A DNA stretch of 62,669 bases from a virus (IMGVR_UViG_3300023184_000123:1-62669); one strand, 5' to 3'. Shown: positions 20,535-31,690, counted from the first letter of the stretch. Notes: generated by a model not told the origin, from the letters alone. Numbers and translations are program-made.

Positions 20535-21307
20535 CCACTATAGGATTCTTTGGAGATAGCTTTTGTGCATTAGAAAATAATGAGCACAGTACTAAGCACG
20601 ATTACAAAACATATATAGAACAGTTAGTATCTCATTACAATGCTGAGATTTCAAATCTCGGCATGGGCGGGAGTAGTGTTTGGGATTTATATTTCAATCA
20701 ACTTTTGCCGTTAATAAAAAAGAACACAGTGCCTGACATATGTGTATTTGTGTGGACACACTCCGGTAAACTTTTTCATCGAACATCTCGTAGTTTGCAT
20801 GCGTCAGCTGCTCTAAAAGGTTTTAACAAGGAAAAGTTTGATTGGTTTGCTAAAACGTATCCAAATGAAAAATATAATTTTTTTGATAAAGATATATATG
20901 AAGCAGCTAAAGAATATTACTTATATTTGTATGATCAAGAAAAAGAAGATGTAGAACATGTGGCCCAATTACAATACATTGATAATAATGTTTTAAATTT
21001 GCTACCTGCGTCTACTAAAATTGTACACATGTGGGCGTTTGGTTCTAGTAATTTTTCTAAATCTAACGGATGGCATCCGGAAAATATTTCATATCCTCAT
21101 ACGTGGAGGCATGGCGTTGCTATACATCCGTGTTTAATGTCATTATCGATATCTAATTACCCATGGCCTGTTTATCCTATTTCAGATGAACGTCCAAACC
21201 ACCTCGAAGGTGATAAAAATAAGTTGGTATTTGAATCAATAAAGACTGCAATTGATACCAATAAAAGTATTGATATCACTCCTGAAGTCCTTAGGAGATG
21301 GACGTGA
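20525..21307 (+). CDS. SGNH/GDSL-like protein
   Basis: FGDSF...RPNHL. Confidence 0.6.
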   Translation: MALTTIGFFGDSFCALENNEHSTKHDYKTYIEQLVSHYNAEISNLGMGGSSVWDLYFNQLLPLIKKNTVPDICVFVWTHSGKLFHRTSRSLHASAALKGFNKEKFDWFAKTYPNEKYNFFDKDIYEAAKEYYLYLYDQEKEDVEHVAQLQYIDNNVLNLLPASTKIVHMWAFGSSNFSKSNGWHPENISYPHTWRHGVAIHPCLMSLSISNYPWPVYPISDERPNHLEGDKNKLVFESIKTAIDTNKSIDITPEVLRRWT

Positions 21308-22296
21308 GTATTGTTAAAGTTGAACAACAAAGTTCACCTAACAAATTATTGATTAATTATGCAATACATAACGTATGTAACTACAAATGTTGGTATTGTT
21401 TTCCAGGTTCTAATACCGGAGAACACAGATGGCCAGATCTTGATGTAGTTGCCAACAACTTTATTCAACTTTTAAAGTATTATAAAACACACCTTAATAA
21501 AAGTCAATTTGAATTAAATTTGTTGGGTGGTGAACCCACCATGTGGCCAGAGTTGGGCAATTTCATAAAAATTTTAAAATTAGAATTTGGAAAAGATATA
21601 CAGATCAGAATAACCACAAATGCATCTCGTACTATTCGATGGTGGTCTGAACACAGCCGATATTTTGATAAAGTACTTATCAGTTGTCATCCCAATGAAG
21701 CTGATGAAAATCATATAATAGCAGTAGCCGATTTGTTATATATTGCACCTGTGTATGTTGATGTAATAGTACTAATGGATCCTACTGTTTGGGATAGGGC
21801 TATCGATATAGTACAGAATTTGAAAAAAAGTAAAAAAACCTGGAGTATACAAACGTCTCAAGTTATACACAATAGTATAAAATATAACGCAGAGCAAACA
21901 ACATATCTTGAATCGTATGTAAAACGTAGACCTAATCTATTTTGGTATTGGAGTACATCAAAAAATTTTAATTACAAAAATAAATTACATTTTGATAACG
22001 GTGAAGTTATTGGTATCAAAAAAAATTATTTGCTTTTTAATAATTTAAATCACTTTAAAGGCTGGGAGTGCAATATAGGTGTAGACAATATATTAATTAA
22101 TTTTGATGGCCGACTTTCAGCTAATTGCGGAGAAAATTTATATAAACTTCCAATTAGTTATAATTTATATGATAAGAATTTTGTAAATATGTTTCATCCT
22201 AAGTTAGTTCCGACTATTTGTACCAAAGAAGGGTGTTACTGTGAACACGAAATTAACACAACAAAACAAGTTATTCCAATCAAATTAATAGGTTAA
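21298..22296 (+). CDS. Radical SAM protein
   Basis: CNYKCWYC, GGEP, C-terminal Cys cluster. Confidence 0.9.
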   Translation: MDVSIVKVEQQSSPNKLLINYAIHNVCNYKCWYCFPGSNTGEHRWPDLDVVANNFIQLLKYYKTHLNKSQFELNLLGGEPTMWPELGNFIKILKLEFGKDIQIRITTNASRTIRWWSEHSRYFDKVLISCHPNEADENHIIAVADLLYIAPVYVDVIVLMDPTVWDRAIDIVQNLKKSKKTWSIQTSQVIHNSIKYNAEQTTYLESYVKRRPNLFWYWSTSKNFNYKNKLHFDNGEVIGIKKNYLLFNNLNHFKGWECNIGVDNILINFDGRLSANCGENLYKLPISYNLYDKNFVNMFHPKLVPTICTKEGCYCEHEINTTKQVIPIKLIG

Positions 22297-22301
22297 ACAT
22301 T

Positions 22302-23402
22302 ATGTTTAAATTTAAAGATCTCAAACAAATACATCTTGAAATAACTAACAATTGCCAAGCTAGTTGTCCCATGTGTAGTCGCAACATAAGCGGCGGATTA
22401 GAAAATCCTCTGATTAAAATACAAAATTGGTCACTAGAAGATTTTAAAATTATAATGAATCAAGAAGTACTTGATCAACTTGACGGATTTTACTTTTGTG
22501 GTAACTTTGGAGATCCAATATTAAATAATGATTTAATTGATATGTGCCGTCTTGCAAGGGAAATTGCACATCCTGAGACTCATGTTTCAATACACACAAA
22601 TGGCGGAGCAAGATCCACATCTTGGTGGCGAGAGTTGGCCCATTCTTTGCCTAAAAACCATCGAGTTGTTTTTGCTTTAGATGGCCTAGCAGATACTCAT
22701 AGCCTATATAGAATTGGTACAGATTTTAATAACATAATTAAAAATGCATCGGCATTTATTGAGGAAGGTGGCATAGCCGAGTGGGCATTTATAAAATTTA
22801 AACATAACGAACATCAAGTTGATGCATGTAGAACACTTTCAAAAACACTTGGATTTTCCAGTTTCACGGTTAAGAATAGTATTAGATTTGTAGGACAAGC
22901 AAGAACTAAAGTTCTTGATAAAAATAGCAATATCACACACTATTTAGAACCAGCTTCAGATACCACTATAAAATTTATAGATAGGAAAATAATAGATTCT
23001 TTTAAAGATCTAGTGTCCACTGCCAAAATTGACTGCAAAGTTTTAAAGAGCAAAGAAGTCTATATCGATGCATATAAGAATTTATATCCATGTTGTCACA
23101 CAGCCAGTGTACCTTATATGAGAGAGCAGACAAACTTCCATGAATGGGGAGAAAATGTACACAGTATAGTACAAACCATGTTGCTACAACATCATGACAT
23201 GATTAACTATCTTGGTAATATGGATACTACCAAACGTTCTGTGAGAGAAATAATAGATTCTCCTGAGTATCAAACAGTATGGCGAGAATATTGGACAACA
23301 AAAAAGTTGTTCATGTGTGTTAGAACCTGTGGTGTTGGGCCGGGAATGGATTTTTCTAAACCAAAAGATCAATTTATTGAAACTACGAATACTTACCAAT
23401 GA
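22302..23402 (+). CDS. Radical SAM/SPASM protein
   Basis: CQASCPMC, GNFGDP, PCC, CVRTC. Confidence 0.9.
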   Translation: MFKFKDLKQIHLEITNNCQASCPMCSRNISGGLENPLIKIQNWSLEDFKIIMNQEVLDQLDGFYFCGNFGDPILNNDLIDMCRLAREIAHPETHVSIHTNGGARSTSWWRELAHSLPKNHRVVFALDGLADTHSLYRIGTDFNNIIKNASAFIEEGGIAEWAFIKFKHNEHQVDACRTLSKTLGFSSFTVKNSIRFVGQARTKVLDKNSNITHYLEPASDTTIKFIDRKIIDSFKDLVSTAKIDCKVLKSKEVYIDAYKNLYPCCHTASVPYMREQTNFHEWGENVHSIVQTMLLQHHDMINYLGNMDTTKRSVREIIDSPEYQTVWREYWTTKKLFMCVRTCGVGPGMDFSKPKDQFIETTNTYQ

Positions 23403-24784
23403 CTGATAAAATTAAAAGTTACATCAAACTGATAGAAGAAAAAACAGGTAGCCCCACTTTTTGTGCATTACCGTGGATACATTTAGCTACTCGTCCAAAC
23501 GGTGATGCCAGACTGTGTTGTGTCACCAATGCAAGCGGAGCAGCAACGGGTGACCATACTGTGGGATTAGTTAAAAAAGAAAACGGAGTGCCTGCTAATT
23601 TTGGCCGTGAAACTCCATTAGAAGCATTTAACAATCAATACATGCGTAGTGTAAGATTAACCATGTTGGAAGGCAAAATACCTGCAAGTTGCACTAAATG
23701 TTTTGAAGAAGAATCGAACGGAGTTGTAAGCAAACGCCTATGGGAAATGTATGAGTGGAATCGTGATGGTCTTGATTTCAAAAAACTCATCAGCGACACT
23801 GATGCTGCTGGTGCTGTTCCTCCAATCATTAGGTATTTGGATCTCAGACTAGGACATACTTGTAATCTTAAATGTGTTATGTGCAGCCCCCATGACAGCA
23901 GTCGTTGGTTACAAGATTACGATAAGTTGATTAAAAAAACTAAAAGTGTTCAAGTTCTAAAACAAGTAGGGTTTAACAAAGATACATTCAATAACACATG
24001 GTATGAAAAACCTGAGTTTTGGGATGATGTGTTTGAACAGATTCCTAACATAACACAATTGTATTTTGCAGGCGGCGAGCCTTTAATGATTAAAGAACAT
24101 AGAAGATTTTTAGACGAAATTATTAAACGTGGGTACGCTAAGAATATCAGCTTGCGATATAACAGCAACGGGCTGTTTGTCAACAAAGACATCATCGATG
24201 TCTGGAGTCAATTTAAGCAAGTTCGATACGCATTTAGTATCGATGCTGCTACAGAGCGTAACAATTACATACGATATCCTGCCGACTGGGATGCTATTGA
24301 ACGTAGTTTATGGCTAATGGACAATGCACCTGAAAATGTTCACTGTGCCATTGCTTGTGCGGTGCAGGTATTCAATATAAAACATATTATTGATTTCGCC
24401 AAATGGAAATTAAATATGGGTTTTAAAAAAATTAATAAGTTTAGTTTGGACGAATATGAAACAGGCGGCGGAATAATTAATCTTCATCTGTTGTATATTC
24501 CAACTTTTTTAAGTGCTAGGATATTACCGCAAAAAGACAAAGAAGAGATTGCACACGCATTTGCTGATTTTAAACAATGGTTGTGGGACAATTATAGGCA
24601 AGATGATAATTTTTGGAAGGACAATCCGTATGGATGGAAACGTTGGGAAGGTATCCTTAAATTTGTTATGGCCAACGACCAATCGCATTTATTACCAGAT
24701 TTTAAAGAATATGTTACACACTTAGATTCCATCCGTAATTTAAATGCTAAGTTGGTATTTCCTGAATTGTCGCATATTTTGTAA
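23399..24784 (+). CDS. Radical SAM/twitch domain protein
   Basis: LCC, CTKC, CNLKCVMC, FAGGEP. Confidence 0.9.
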   Translation: MTDKIKSYIKLIEEKTGSPTFCALPWIHLATRPNGDARLCCVTNASGAATGDHTVGLVKKENGVPANFGRETPLEAFNNQYMRSVRLTMLEGKIPASCTKCFEEESNGVVSKRLWEMYEWNRDGLDFKKLISDTDAAGAVPPIIRYLDLRLGHTCNLKCVMCSPHDSSRWLQDYDKLIKKTKSVQVLKQVGFNKDTFNNTWYEKPEFWDDVFEQIPNITQLYFAGGEPLMIKEHRRFLDEIIKRGYAKNISLRYNSNGLFVNKDIIDVWSQFKQVRYAFSIDAATERNNYIRYPADWDAIERSLWLMDNAPENVHCAIACAVQVFNIKHIIDFAKWKLNMGFKKINKFSLDEYETGGGIINLHLLYIPTFLSARILPQKDKEEIAHAFADFKQWLWDNYRQDDNFWKDNPYGWKRWEGILKFVMANDQSHLLPDFKEYVTHLDSIRNLNAKLVFPELSHIL

Positions 24785-25664
24785 GTGGTATATCAGCGGC
24801 ACAGGTACAGAAATTACGATCACACGTAATTGGCTCAGTTGGAACACTGAACGTGCTGTTGTATATATTGCCAAGACTTCCGCCCACACGGCAAGTGGCT
24901 CTGTGTACGTCACCGTCCCAATTTATCATTAGACTTTCTATTCCTGCATTACAGGTCCAGCCGTTATATTGATTTAGTTTTAGTTTAATTACATCATTGG
25001 CATGACGTTGTTCCATGGCCTTGTCTTTATAAAATATAATAGTATTAGGTTGCACAGTGGCCTCTTGACTCTTGAGCCATTCTAAATCAAAAGGATTATA
25101 ACGCATGTCATCAAACAAATCATGATCACCTTGTGTCCATCGTATACGCCTTAGGGTACTGGGTATTTGAGATTGCAACATCATAGCACGAACTTGTACT
25201 GCTTCATTCATGCGGTCATGATGGCACATGATCTGTGCTATGACTTTGATACTGCTCATATCTGCTATTTTCTGTACAGTGTTTACTGCACGTAACCACT
25301 CATACTCAAAGTGTATGCTAAACACATACTGATCCACTGGTAAGCTAGCATAAAATTCGTAGGGTATGGTTCCGTTGGTTGTTACACTGATCCACTGTAT
25401 ATTTTTATGTCGTGCATATTTTACTAGTTCGTCAAACTTGGGATGCACACAGGGCTCGCCTCCTGTGAAACTAAGCCGTATGGGTTTGCCCAATGATGCA
25501 AGTTGATCCACAACAGCTTTGAGTATTTCTATATCAGTATGCGGGCTGGTGTTATCGTGTATCTCACTTGGGCAATAGCTGCAATCGTAGTTACATCGTT
25601 TGCCGAGATTCCATTCAATCTTGATAGCATTAGCATGGTCCCAACGATTAGCTACTTTATACAT
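24747..25664 (-). CDS. Radical SAM protein
   Basis: CNYDCSYC, TGGEP; start MYKVAN overlapping the upstream stop. Confidence 0.9.
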   Translation of the reverse strand: MYKVANRWDHANAIKIEWNLGKRCNYDCSYCPSEIHDNTSPHTDIEILKAVVDQLASLGKPIRLSFTGGEPCVHPKFDELVKYARHKNIQWISVTTNGTIPYEFYASLPVDQYVFSIHFEYEWLRAVNTVQKIADMSSIKVIAQIMCHHDRMNEAVQVRAMMLQSQIPSTLRRIRWTQGDHDLFDDMRYNPFDLEWLKSQEATVQPNTIIFYKDKAMEQRHANDVIKLKLNQYNGWTCNAGIESLMINWDGDVHRATCRVGGSLGNIYNSTFSVPTEPITCDRNFCTCAADIPLTKYATIQEIPT

Positions 25665-26928
25665 AGTCTTTGAACTCTGGAGTAACATCAAAGAAACTTT
25701 GATTCCTTGTAACATCTAATCTGCGATTAAATTCTACACAATCATTCCACAAATGTGTCAAATCTTTTGCCAGTAAAAAGTTAATGATGCCGTCAATTTG
25801 TTTATAAGTTAGTTCTTTTAACATTGGGTGCTGTTTTACTAGATTAAACTCAGGTACACGTTCTCTTACAGCCTTTAATTTTGTAATTGCTTCTGCTTTA
25901 AGTTCACTGGGTAACACTTGTGCAGATAATACGTTTGGGTATTGTACCATATTAGTGTAAAATACAATACCTAACTTATCTAAGAAATGTTCAATCATCT
26001 TATCTAAGGTTAAAACATTACTAACTTGTACAGCAACCGCACCAACTATTCGATTGATATTGGGGATTGTTTGTATATCCCTAATGTTTTTTTCAACGAC
26101 AGAAAAATCCCCGTTGCCGCGAATATAATCGTAAACATTATAAATGCCGTCAATGCTGACGTTAACGGCAACTGATCTAAAATGAGGCCAATATTCATGT
26201 ATAGTTCTTCCTTTACTAATTCCTAATGTAGTAGCATTAGTAGCATACTTAATTTCAATATTTTTGCCGTAGGGCTTTAACATATCTAATATTCGATAAT
26301 GTTGTGGATCCATTAAAGGTTCGCCGCCTGCAAATTCAACACGACGAAAGTAAGGCAAGTTCTTTTCTAAACTTGTCCACCAATTGGGATTATCTTCAAA
26401 TTTGTCTAACAGCGGTTTACGTTCTAAATTGTGTTTATCAACTAGATCAAAAATAATCTGACCCGATCCTTTATAAAAATCTTTAATCTCTCCCCAGTCG
26501 TTCCAACTAGTGCTATCACCGGGATGACACATACGGCATTTGAGATTGCACAAGTTATTAAGTTTTAATTCCATTGTAGGAATTTCAAACGGCATAGTAA
26601 AATTGCTATCCATTTTGTTTACAGCATCAGGGTATAATGTAATTCTGGCCTCGGGGATTTTTCCAGCAATGTGGCGTTGTCTAAGACTTTCTACTCCTTG
26701 ATCTTCTAATCCAAAACAAGGACTGCATTCAGAAGGCCGATCACCTGTAAGAACTTGTTTTCGGATACGCTTTATAGTTTCTCCGTTCCATATTTCTTCC
26801 AATGTATTCTGTTGTATATCCCCAATCGGATGGCTGCGACAACATACTTGTATAGCACCATCTTCTCTAGTTGCTAGGCCAGTAAACGGATGCATGCAAA
26901 ATGTAGGAGAATTATTGTTCGGCAACAT
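25657..26928 (-). CDS. Radical SAM/twitch domain protein
   Basis: VCC, CSPC, CNLKCRMC, FAGGEP. Confidence 0.9.
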   Translation of the reverse strand: MLPNNNSPTFCMHPFTGLATREDGAIQVCCRSHPIGDIQQNTLEEIWNGETIKRIRKQVLTGDRPSECSPCFGLEDQGVESLRQRHIAGKIPEARITLYPDAVNKMDSNFTMPFEIPTMELKLNNLCNLKCRMCHPGDSTSWNDWGEIKDFYKGSGQIIFDLVDKHNLERKPLLDKFEDNPNWWTSLEKNLPYFRRVEFAGGEPLMDPQHYRILDMLKPYGKNIEIKYATNATTLGISKGRTIHEYWPHFRSVAVNVSIDGIYNVYDYIRGNGDFSVVEKNIRDIQTIPNINRIVGAVAVQVSNVLTLDKMIEHFLDKLGIVFYTNMVQYPNVLSAQVLPSELKAEAITKLKAVRERVPEFNLVKQHPMLKELTYKQIDGIINFLLAKDLTHLWNDCVEFNRRLDVTRNQSFFDVTPEFKDYV

Positions 26929-27763
26929 AACGGATTAGCGGACTTAGTCCCACTGGTTGGTTGTTGCGTAATGCAAGGTAAATGCTGGCAGTTGGAGTCA
27001 AATTAAAGTCTTTGCATACCTGATTGTAGATATTGCCGTATTTGTTCCACAAATAATCGGGCGGTAATTGACGAATAAAATATAATCCTATCATAGCAGG
27101 TGCCCGCAAATTCATGTTAAAGTCATTCATTATTGTAACACTGTCAGCAGTAGGTTGTCTAGTCCAACGTAGTCCTATCCTATTCCAACCTAGACCTAAG
27201 CCTTTACTTAAACTTATCCCTACACTTTTTATAGAAGGATAACTAAAATTAAATGCAACATCTTTACAGCATGTGATCCATGCACCATCTATATGCACAT
27301 CGATTTTTTTAATAGTTGCTTCATTTAATAATTCCAACATGTCAGCGTGTGGTGCACCAACTTGCGGAAAAGGCATTGCAATAATTAATGGCGTATTTGG
27401 AATTAATGAGCCCACATCCTTAATATAACTTAATTTTAATCGTTCGTGGTATCTATAATCTCCACGTATTGTTTGTACTGGACCTTGCATATACAAGTTA
27501 TCAATAAATTGTGTGCAACCATTAATAATATCTATGCGATTAAAAACTTCAAATCCTATCAAGTCGTTCAATTTACTCCTATGCAACCATGCTGTCATTT
27601 CAGATTTAAAATCAGTGTAGACCTTATTACTAATGTCTTTGTCTAATTTTCCAGAAAGCACTTCCTGCTGTAATTGTTCAATAAACAAATCTGATAAGGG
27701 TTGAGGTCTATCTGTTTCTAGCCACTCGGCACTGTAACTAGTTGCTCGTTTTATTCGTTCCAT
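26912..27763 (-). CDS. Possible PLP-dependent transferase-like protein
   Basis: HIDGAW and SLSKG.GL...RIG resemble fold-type I PLP motifs. Confidence 0.6.
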   Translation of the reverse strand: MERIKRATSYSAEWLETDRPQPLSDLFIEQLQQEVLSGKLDKDISNKVYTDFKSEMTAWLHRSKLNDLIGFEVFNRIDIINGCTQFIDNLYMQGPVQTIRGDYRYHERLKLSYIKDVGSLIPNTPLIIAMPFPQVGAPHADMLELLNEATIKKIDVHIDGAWITCCKDVAFNFSYPSIKSVGISLSKGLGLGWNRIGLRWTRQPTADSVTIMNDFNMNLRAPAMIGLYFIRQLPPDYLWNKYGNIYNQVCKDFNLTPTASIYLALRNNQPVGLSPLIRYVAEQ

Positions 27764-27801
27764 CTTCTATTTACACTATAAAAGTATCACATAAATATTT
27801 C

Positions 27802-28467
27802 ATGTTAAATCCCACTAATTATACAGTTGATACAAGTTTATTTCAAGAAGCCTGTGATTACTTGCCAAAGCAGGATATGAAAACAACTATTAATCAACCA
27901 ACTGGCAATTTCTTTTACGATCCATGGATTATAAAAAATGAATATAAAGGTACAGTTTGGGAGGTACTTTATAACTCGTTACCTGTCGTTAAAGGTGAAG
28001 CACGGATTATTATATTAGATCCGGGCCACTGCTATCAAGAGCACGCTGATATCGATGACAGATATCATCTAAACATTTTTGGTGACAGTAGTTATTTGAT
28101 TAATCTGGTACAAGAGATAATGTATCCGGTATCTCAAGATGGTGTCTGGTATGATATGGATGCCAGTTTTATACATACGGCAACTAATTTTGGACGTAAG
28201 GCTAGAGTGCAACTAGTTGTTCGTAAACTATTAAAGAATAATAAGTTGTCAAATCCAGTAGCAGTATCACTAGTCACAAGTATGGACAATCCTAACCATA
28301 CCAGGTTCCTATTTGATAATACGTTAAGTCCGTGGTTCAACGAAGCAAACAAGTTAGGTTTCATAAACAATTTTGCACAACACAATGTAGCAATAACATT
28401 TAACATAGAGCAGGATAAACTAGAATTTTTAAAAAGTATTTTACCAGAAGAATTTAAATTAATATGA
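27802..28467 (+). CDS. Asp/Asn beta-hydroxylase-like (2OG-Fe) protein
   Basis: HADID..RYH...HTATN....R. Confidence 0.65.
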   Translation: MLNPTNYTVDTSLFQEACDYLPKQDMKTTINQPTGNFFYDPWIIKNEYKGTVWEVLYNSLPVVKGEARIIILDPGHCYQEHADIDDRYHLNIFGDSSYLINLVQEIMYPVSQDGVWYDMDASFIHTATNFGRKARVQLVVRKLLKNNKLSNPVAVSLVTSMDNPNHTRFLFDNTLSPWFNEANKLGFINNFAQHNVAITFNIEQDKLEFLKSILPEEFKLI

Positions 28468-29078
28468 AATATCTTTACAAGATAGATTACGTTGATGGAA
28501 CACTTAATTCAACTAATTTAATATATGCTCCTTTGGTGAAAGATAATGTACTATGCATGGATTTTGCAGATAATGGTTATCACAAGAATCTACTCAGCAC
28601 AAAAATTAGGGATTATTTTTTTGAACGCGAAATTTCTAATTTAGAAAAATTTAAAGACTATGTTTGGTGCCCTAAGGTATTAGACATAAAAGGAAAAAAA
28701 ATATTTGTAGAGTTTGGAGAAGAAACTCTTAATAATATTGTTTTAGACAACACACGTGATATAGACCATGAATGTGTTAATTGGCAAGAACAAATTCGAT
28801 CAATTGTAGACGATATTAACAAACAACAATACTATAAAGTAACGCTGTACCCACATTGCTTTTTTATACTGAACGGTACTGTTAAAACAATAGACTTTTA
28901 TGGTTGTGTGGCATTTAAAGATAGAATGATGCCATTAGACATTATTAGAGAGATGATAGGTAAAGATTCTGTAGATAGGTTTAACGAAGCGATAGTGGGC
29001 AATACAATAGATTTTGAAATATTTTATAATAGATTATTAACACATCATCTGTTTAAATATTGGCCTAAGTTATTTTGA
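28464..29078 (+). CDS. Kinase-like fold protein, paralog of 30438..31139
   Basis: FERE...P, YKVTLYPHCFF...KTIDFY. Confidence 0.55.
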   Translation: MKYLYKIDYVDGTLNSTNLIYAPLVKDNVLCMDFADNGYHKNLLSTKIRDYFFEREISNLEKFKDYVWCPKVLDIKGKKIFVEFGEETLNNIVLDNTRDIDHECVNWQEQIRSIVDDINKQQYYKVTLYPHCFFILNGTVKTIDFYGCVAFKDRMMPLDIIREMIGKDSVDRFNEAIVGNTIDFEIFYNRLLTHHLFKYWPKLF

Positions 29079-29651
29079 ATACCAAACGTTAAACAAATAC
29101 ATGGGTTCAAATCCGCAATTAGCACCGCCATGCCAGGCTTTGCGATCACTCCACAAATATGTTTCTCCAGGCTTTTGATTATATAAACAAGTATCCTCTA
29201 CTATAAGTGTATGCCCGACTATTTCAGGTAAAGCCTGTATGTGGCAATGATAACGTATAGCAGACTGTCCTAATAATGTCGCTTCATTATCTGTTACATC
29301 CCAATGCCAGGGTGCAACACATCCGGGATTTATTCTGCTGACCCATGCATTTGTGTATCCGTCGAGTCCTACAAAGTCTATAAATTTATGAACTATTTCT
29401 CTATCAAAGTTTACATCAGGAATAAACATATCCCAAGTTGCATTGCCACCTTTATCAATAGTTTTATAACCTGCAGATTCCCACACACCCGCAACTTCAT
29501 TAACGCCGGGAGCCTTTTCATCATTTGCCCTGTGCCTTGGACCCACGTATGCTGGTTGTTGTGACTTGAGAGATTCTACCAATGCAGCCCAATCAACTCC
29601 TTGAAAGTTTCCATAATATTTTAACATATCAATAACTCTCCAAATGATCAA
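29070..29651 (-). CDS. 2OG-Fe(II) oxygenase-like protein
   Basis: PWHWD...WHGGAN. Confidence 0.65.
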   Translation of the reverse strand: MIIWRVIDMLKYYGNFQGVDWAALVESLKSQQPAYVGPRHRANDEKAPGVNEVAGVWESAGYKTIDKGGNATWDMFIPDVNFDREIVHKFIDFVGLDGYTNAWVSRINPGCVAPWHWDVTDNEATLLGQSAIRYHCHIQALPEIVGHTLIVEDTCLYNQKPGETYLWSDRKAWHGGANCGFEPMYLFNVWYSK

Positions 29652-30429
29652 TACCTAACTTCTTACGAAAATCTTCTGTAAACTTTCCGTCAATGCGTAG
29701 GCCATAACTTTGCTCCATAATACGTTCGCCGCCGTGCCAGTCAACATCGTTCCACCATGCTGCTCGAGTATTTAAATATACCTTGTTTTGTTTCTCTGGA
29801 TCCCATATGTAAAATGCTTTTTTTGTGTTGGGACGTATGTGTATAAATTCGTTACGATGAGGTTTAACCACATCGATTCCATTTTTAGCATCCAAGTCTC
29901 TGTGCTCAAAAGGAATACCATCTGCTTCGCAATGGAAAAATATAACACGACCAATATCTTTGAAGATAGAACCGATCATACTTTCAATCCATTTAACTAC
30001 ATTGGGAAAGTGTTCAGCTTCAGGTGTTAGTTTACGAGACGCTGTTCGATCATCCCAACTGCCTTGCTCCCAAAGAAAATAGTATAGGTAAGGATCATAC
30101 GCACCCATAGCCATTTTAATATAACGTGTAAATTTATTACGGACACGAAAATCATTAAAATCTCTGTACAAATCTATTCCGCCTTTTTTAATAGGATCAT
30201 CATCCGGCAATGCTAAAAATTCTTCTATTGCTTTATAGATAGGTTTCCAATGAGGTTGATAGCTGGCGTTTTTAAAAGTAAACCCAGGAGTCATCCATGT
30301 TCCTTCTTTGGCAAATTCTCTTGCTTCAGAAAATCCTCGAATAATTTCCGGTTGCATGTGTTCAAATGCATCCATGTCTAAGTAAGGTTCCATATCATAA
30401 TACGGACTGCCGTTTATGCCTTTGATCAT
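29629..30429 (-). CDS. 2OG-Fe(II) oxygenase-like protein
   Basis: EHRD...WHGG....RIDG. Confidence 0.6.
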   Translation of the reverse strand: MIKGINGSPYYDMEPYLDMDAFEHMQPEIIRGFSEAREFAKEGTWMTPGFTFKNASYQPHWKPIYKAIEEFLALPDDDPIKKGGIDLYRDFNDFRVRNKFTRYIKMAMGAYDPYLYYFLWEQGSWDDRTASRKLTPEAEHFPNVVKWIESMIGSIFKDIGRVIFFHCEADGIPFEHRDLDAKNGIDVVKPHRNEFIHIRPNTKKAFYIWDPEKQNKVYLNTRAAWWNDVDWHGGERIMEQSYGLRIDGKFTEDFRKKLGIDHLESY

Positions 30430-30437
30430 ATTTTCCT

Positions 30438-31139
30438 TTGATAATTAATACTATGAACTACGAATATTATTACAATAACGTTCCAGGCGATGGGCCGTCT
30501 CGTAACAATCTTATTTACACAAGTTTGATCAGTACTGATAAAAAAACATTTGTTCAGTGGTACCACAACGATGTGACTTATCACAAGAATCAAAATCAAG
30601 TTGTGGACGCAGCCAAAATGGAAGAAAAATGGTTGCGTGAAGTCAACTATCTCACACAAATGCGTAATAAGTATCCTGAATTAGTTCCAATAATTAAAAA
30701 TATCGATTTAGAAAAAAAGAAATTATTTTTAGAGATAGACGGACCTGACTTTTGGGAACGTGCTGGATGCGATACAGCAAACTATGATAGTGTGTTACCT
30801 GACTGGCAGGATCAAATGTTAGAAATTATCCGGGCACACAAATCATTAGGGTTATACAAATATAGTATGCACCCCAGCAGTTATTTTGTAGTTGGCGGCA
30901 AACTCAAAAGTATCAATTATTTTTTCACATATAGCAAAAACGAACCGCATTTTAGTATTGCTGATGTTGAAAGTCACATTTACACAACTCGTCAACAAGA
31001 GATGAAAAAACACATTGCTACATTGGGAATAGCCTGGGATAAGCCGCAACCGTTTGCAGTAATGGAACAGTTATGCTGGGCAAGTTTTAGTACAAACTAT
31101 CCTGCAGATTTTATAGAGAAAGTAAAATGTTTGAAGTGA
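30438..31139 (+). CDS. Kinase-like fold protein
   Basis: WLREV..L....P, YKYSMHPSSYF...KSINYF. Confidence 0.55.
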   Translation: MIINTMNYEYYYNNVPGDGPSRNNLIYTSLISTDKKTFVQWYHNDVTYHKNQNQVVDAAKMEEKWLREVNYLTQMRNKYPELVPIIKNIDLEKKKLFLEIDGPDFWERAGCDTANYDSVLPDWQDQMLEIIRAHKSLGLYKYSMHPSSYFVVGGKLKSINYFFTYSKNEPHFSIADVESHIYTTRQQEMKKHIATLGIAWDKPQPFAVMEQLCWASFSTNYPADFIEKVKCLK

Positions 31140-31690
31140 GAAAATGGTCTCCTGATTTGGATCTTACAGAATTTTATGCTGTTGCTAATTCAAAAGGATT
31201 TGCAAACAACGCTAGCCAAAAAATGTTGGTTGATAGTTTAGCAAAAGAAAAAGAATGGTGTGTGTGGATACTTTATCATGACAATAAAGCCATAGGTAGC
31301 GTTGGTGCTCACTCATTTCCTGAAATGGGAGATAATGCATATCGTATTGCTGCACGTACTTGTGTGTTTACAGATATGATTTCTGGTAAGTATGGTACGG
31401 GATTACGTACTATAAGTGTTATCACTCAGCATCAAAATCCCACAGCACAATTTTTAATCCCTGCTTGTATTGACTGGGCACCTACCGGATCAAATTTATA
31501 TATCACAAGTAATGAAAGCAGCGTAGGAACTCAACGCAGAGTACATCGTACATTTGGCCCAACTTTAGAAAAACTGGGCCAAATGAAACGTATAAAAGAA
31601 ATTGATTATCGGGGAACAACTCAAACTGTTTGGCAATTGTTTCCTGAAGAGTTTTTAAAAGAACTTAATAAGTATGATAGATGGTGTTAG
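31127..31690 (+). CDS. GNAT-like protein
   Basis: VWILY....IGSVGAH...YRIAART pattern. Confidence 0.5.
   Translation: MFEVRKWSPDLDLTEFYAVANSKGFANNASQKMLVDSLAKEKEWCVWILYHDNKAIGSVGAHSFPEMGDNAYRIAARTCVFTDMISGKYGTGLRTISVITQHQNPTAQFLIPACIDWAPTGSNLYITSNESSVGTQRRVHRTFGPTLEKLGQMKRIKEIDYRGTTQTVWQLFPEEFLKELNKYDRWC

Noticed and set aside
15785-31690. RiPP cluster call for the radical SAM island
   Set aside because: No precursor peptide, dedicated peptidase or exporter is visible in the window.
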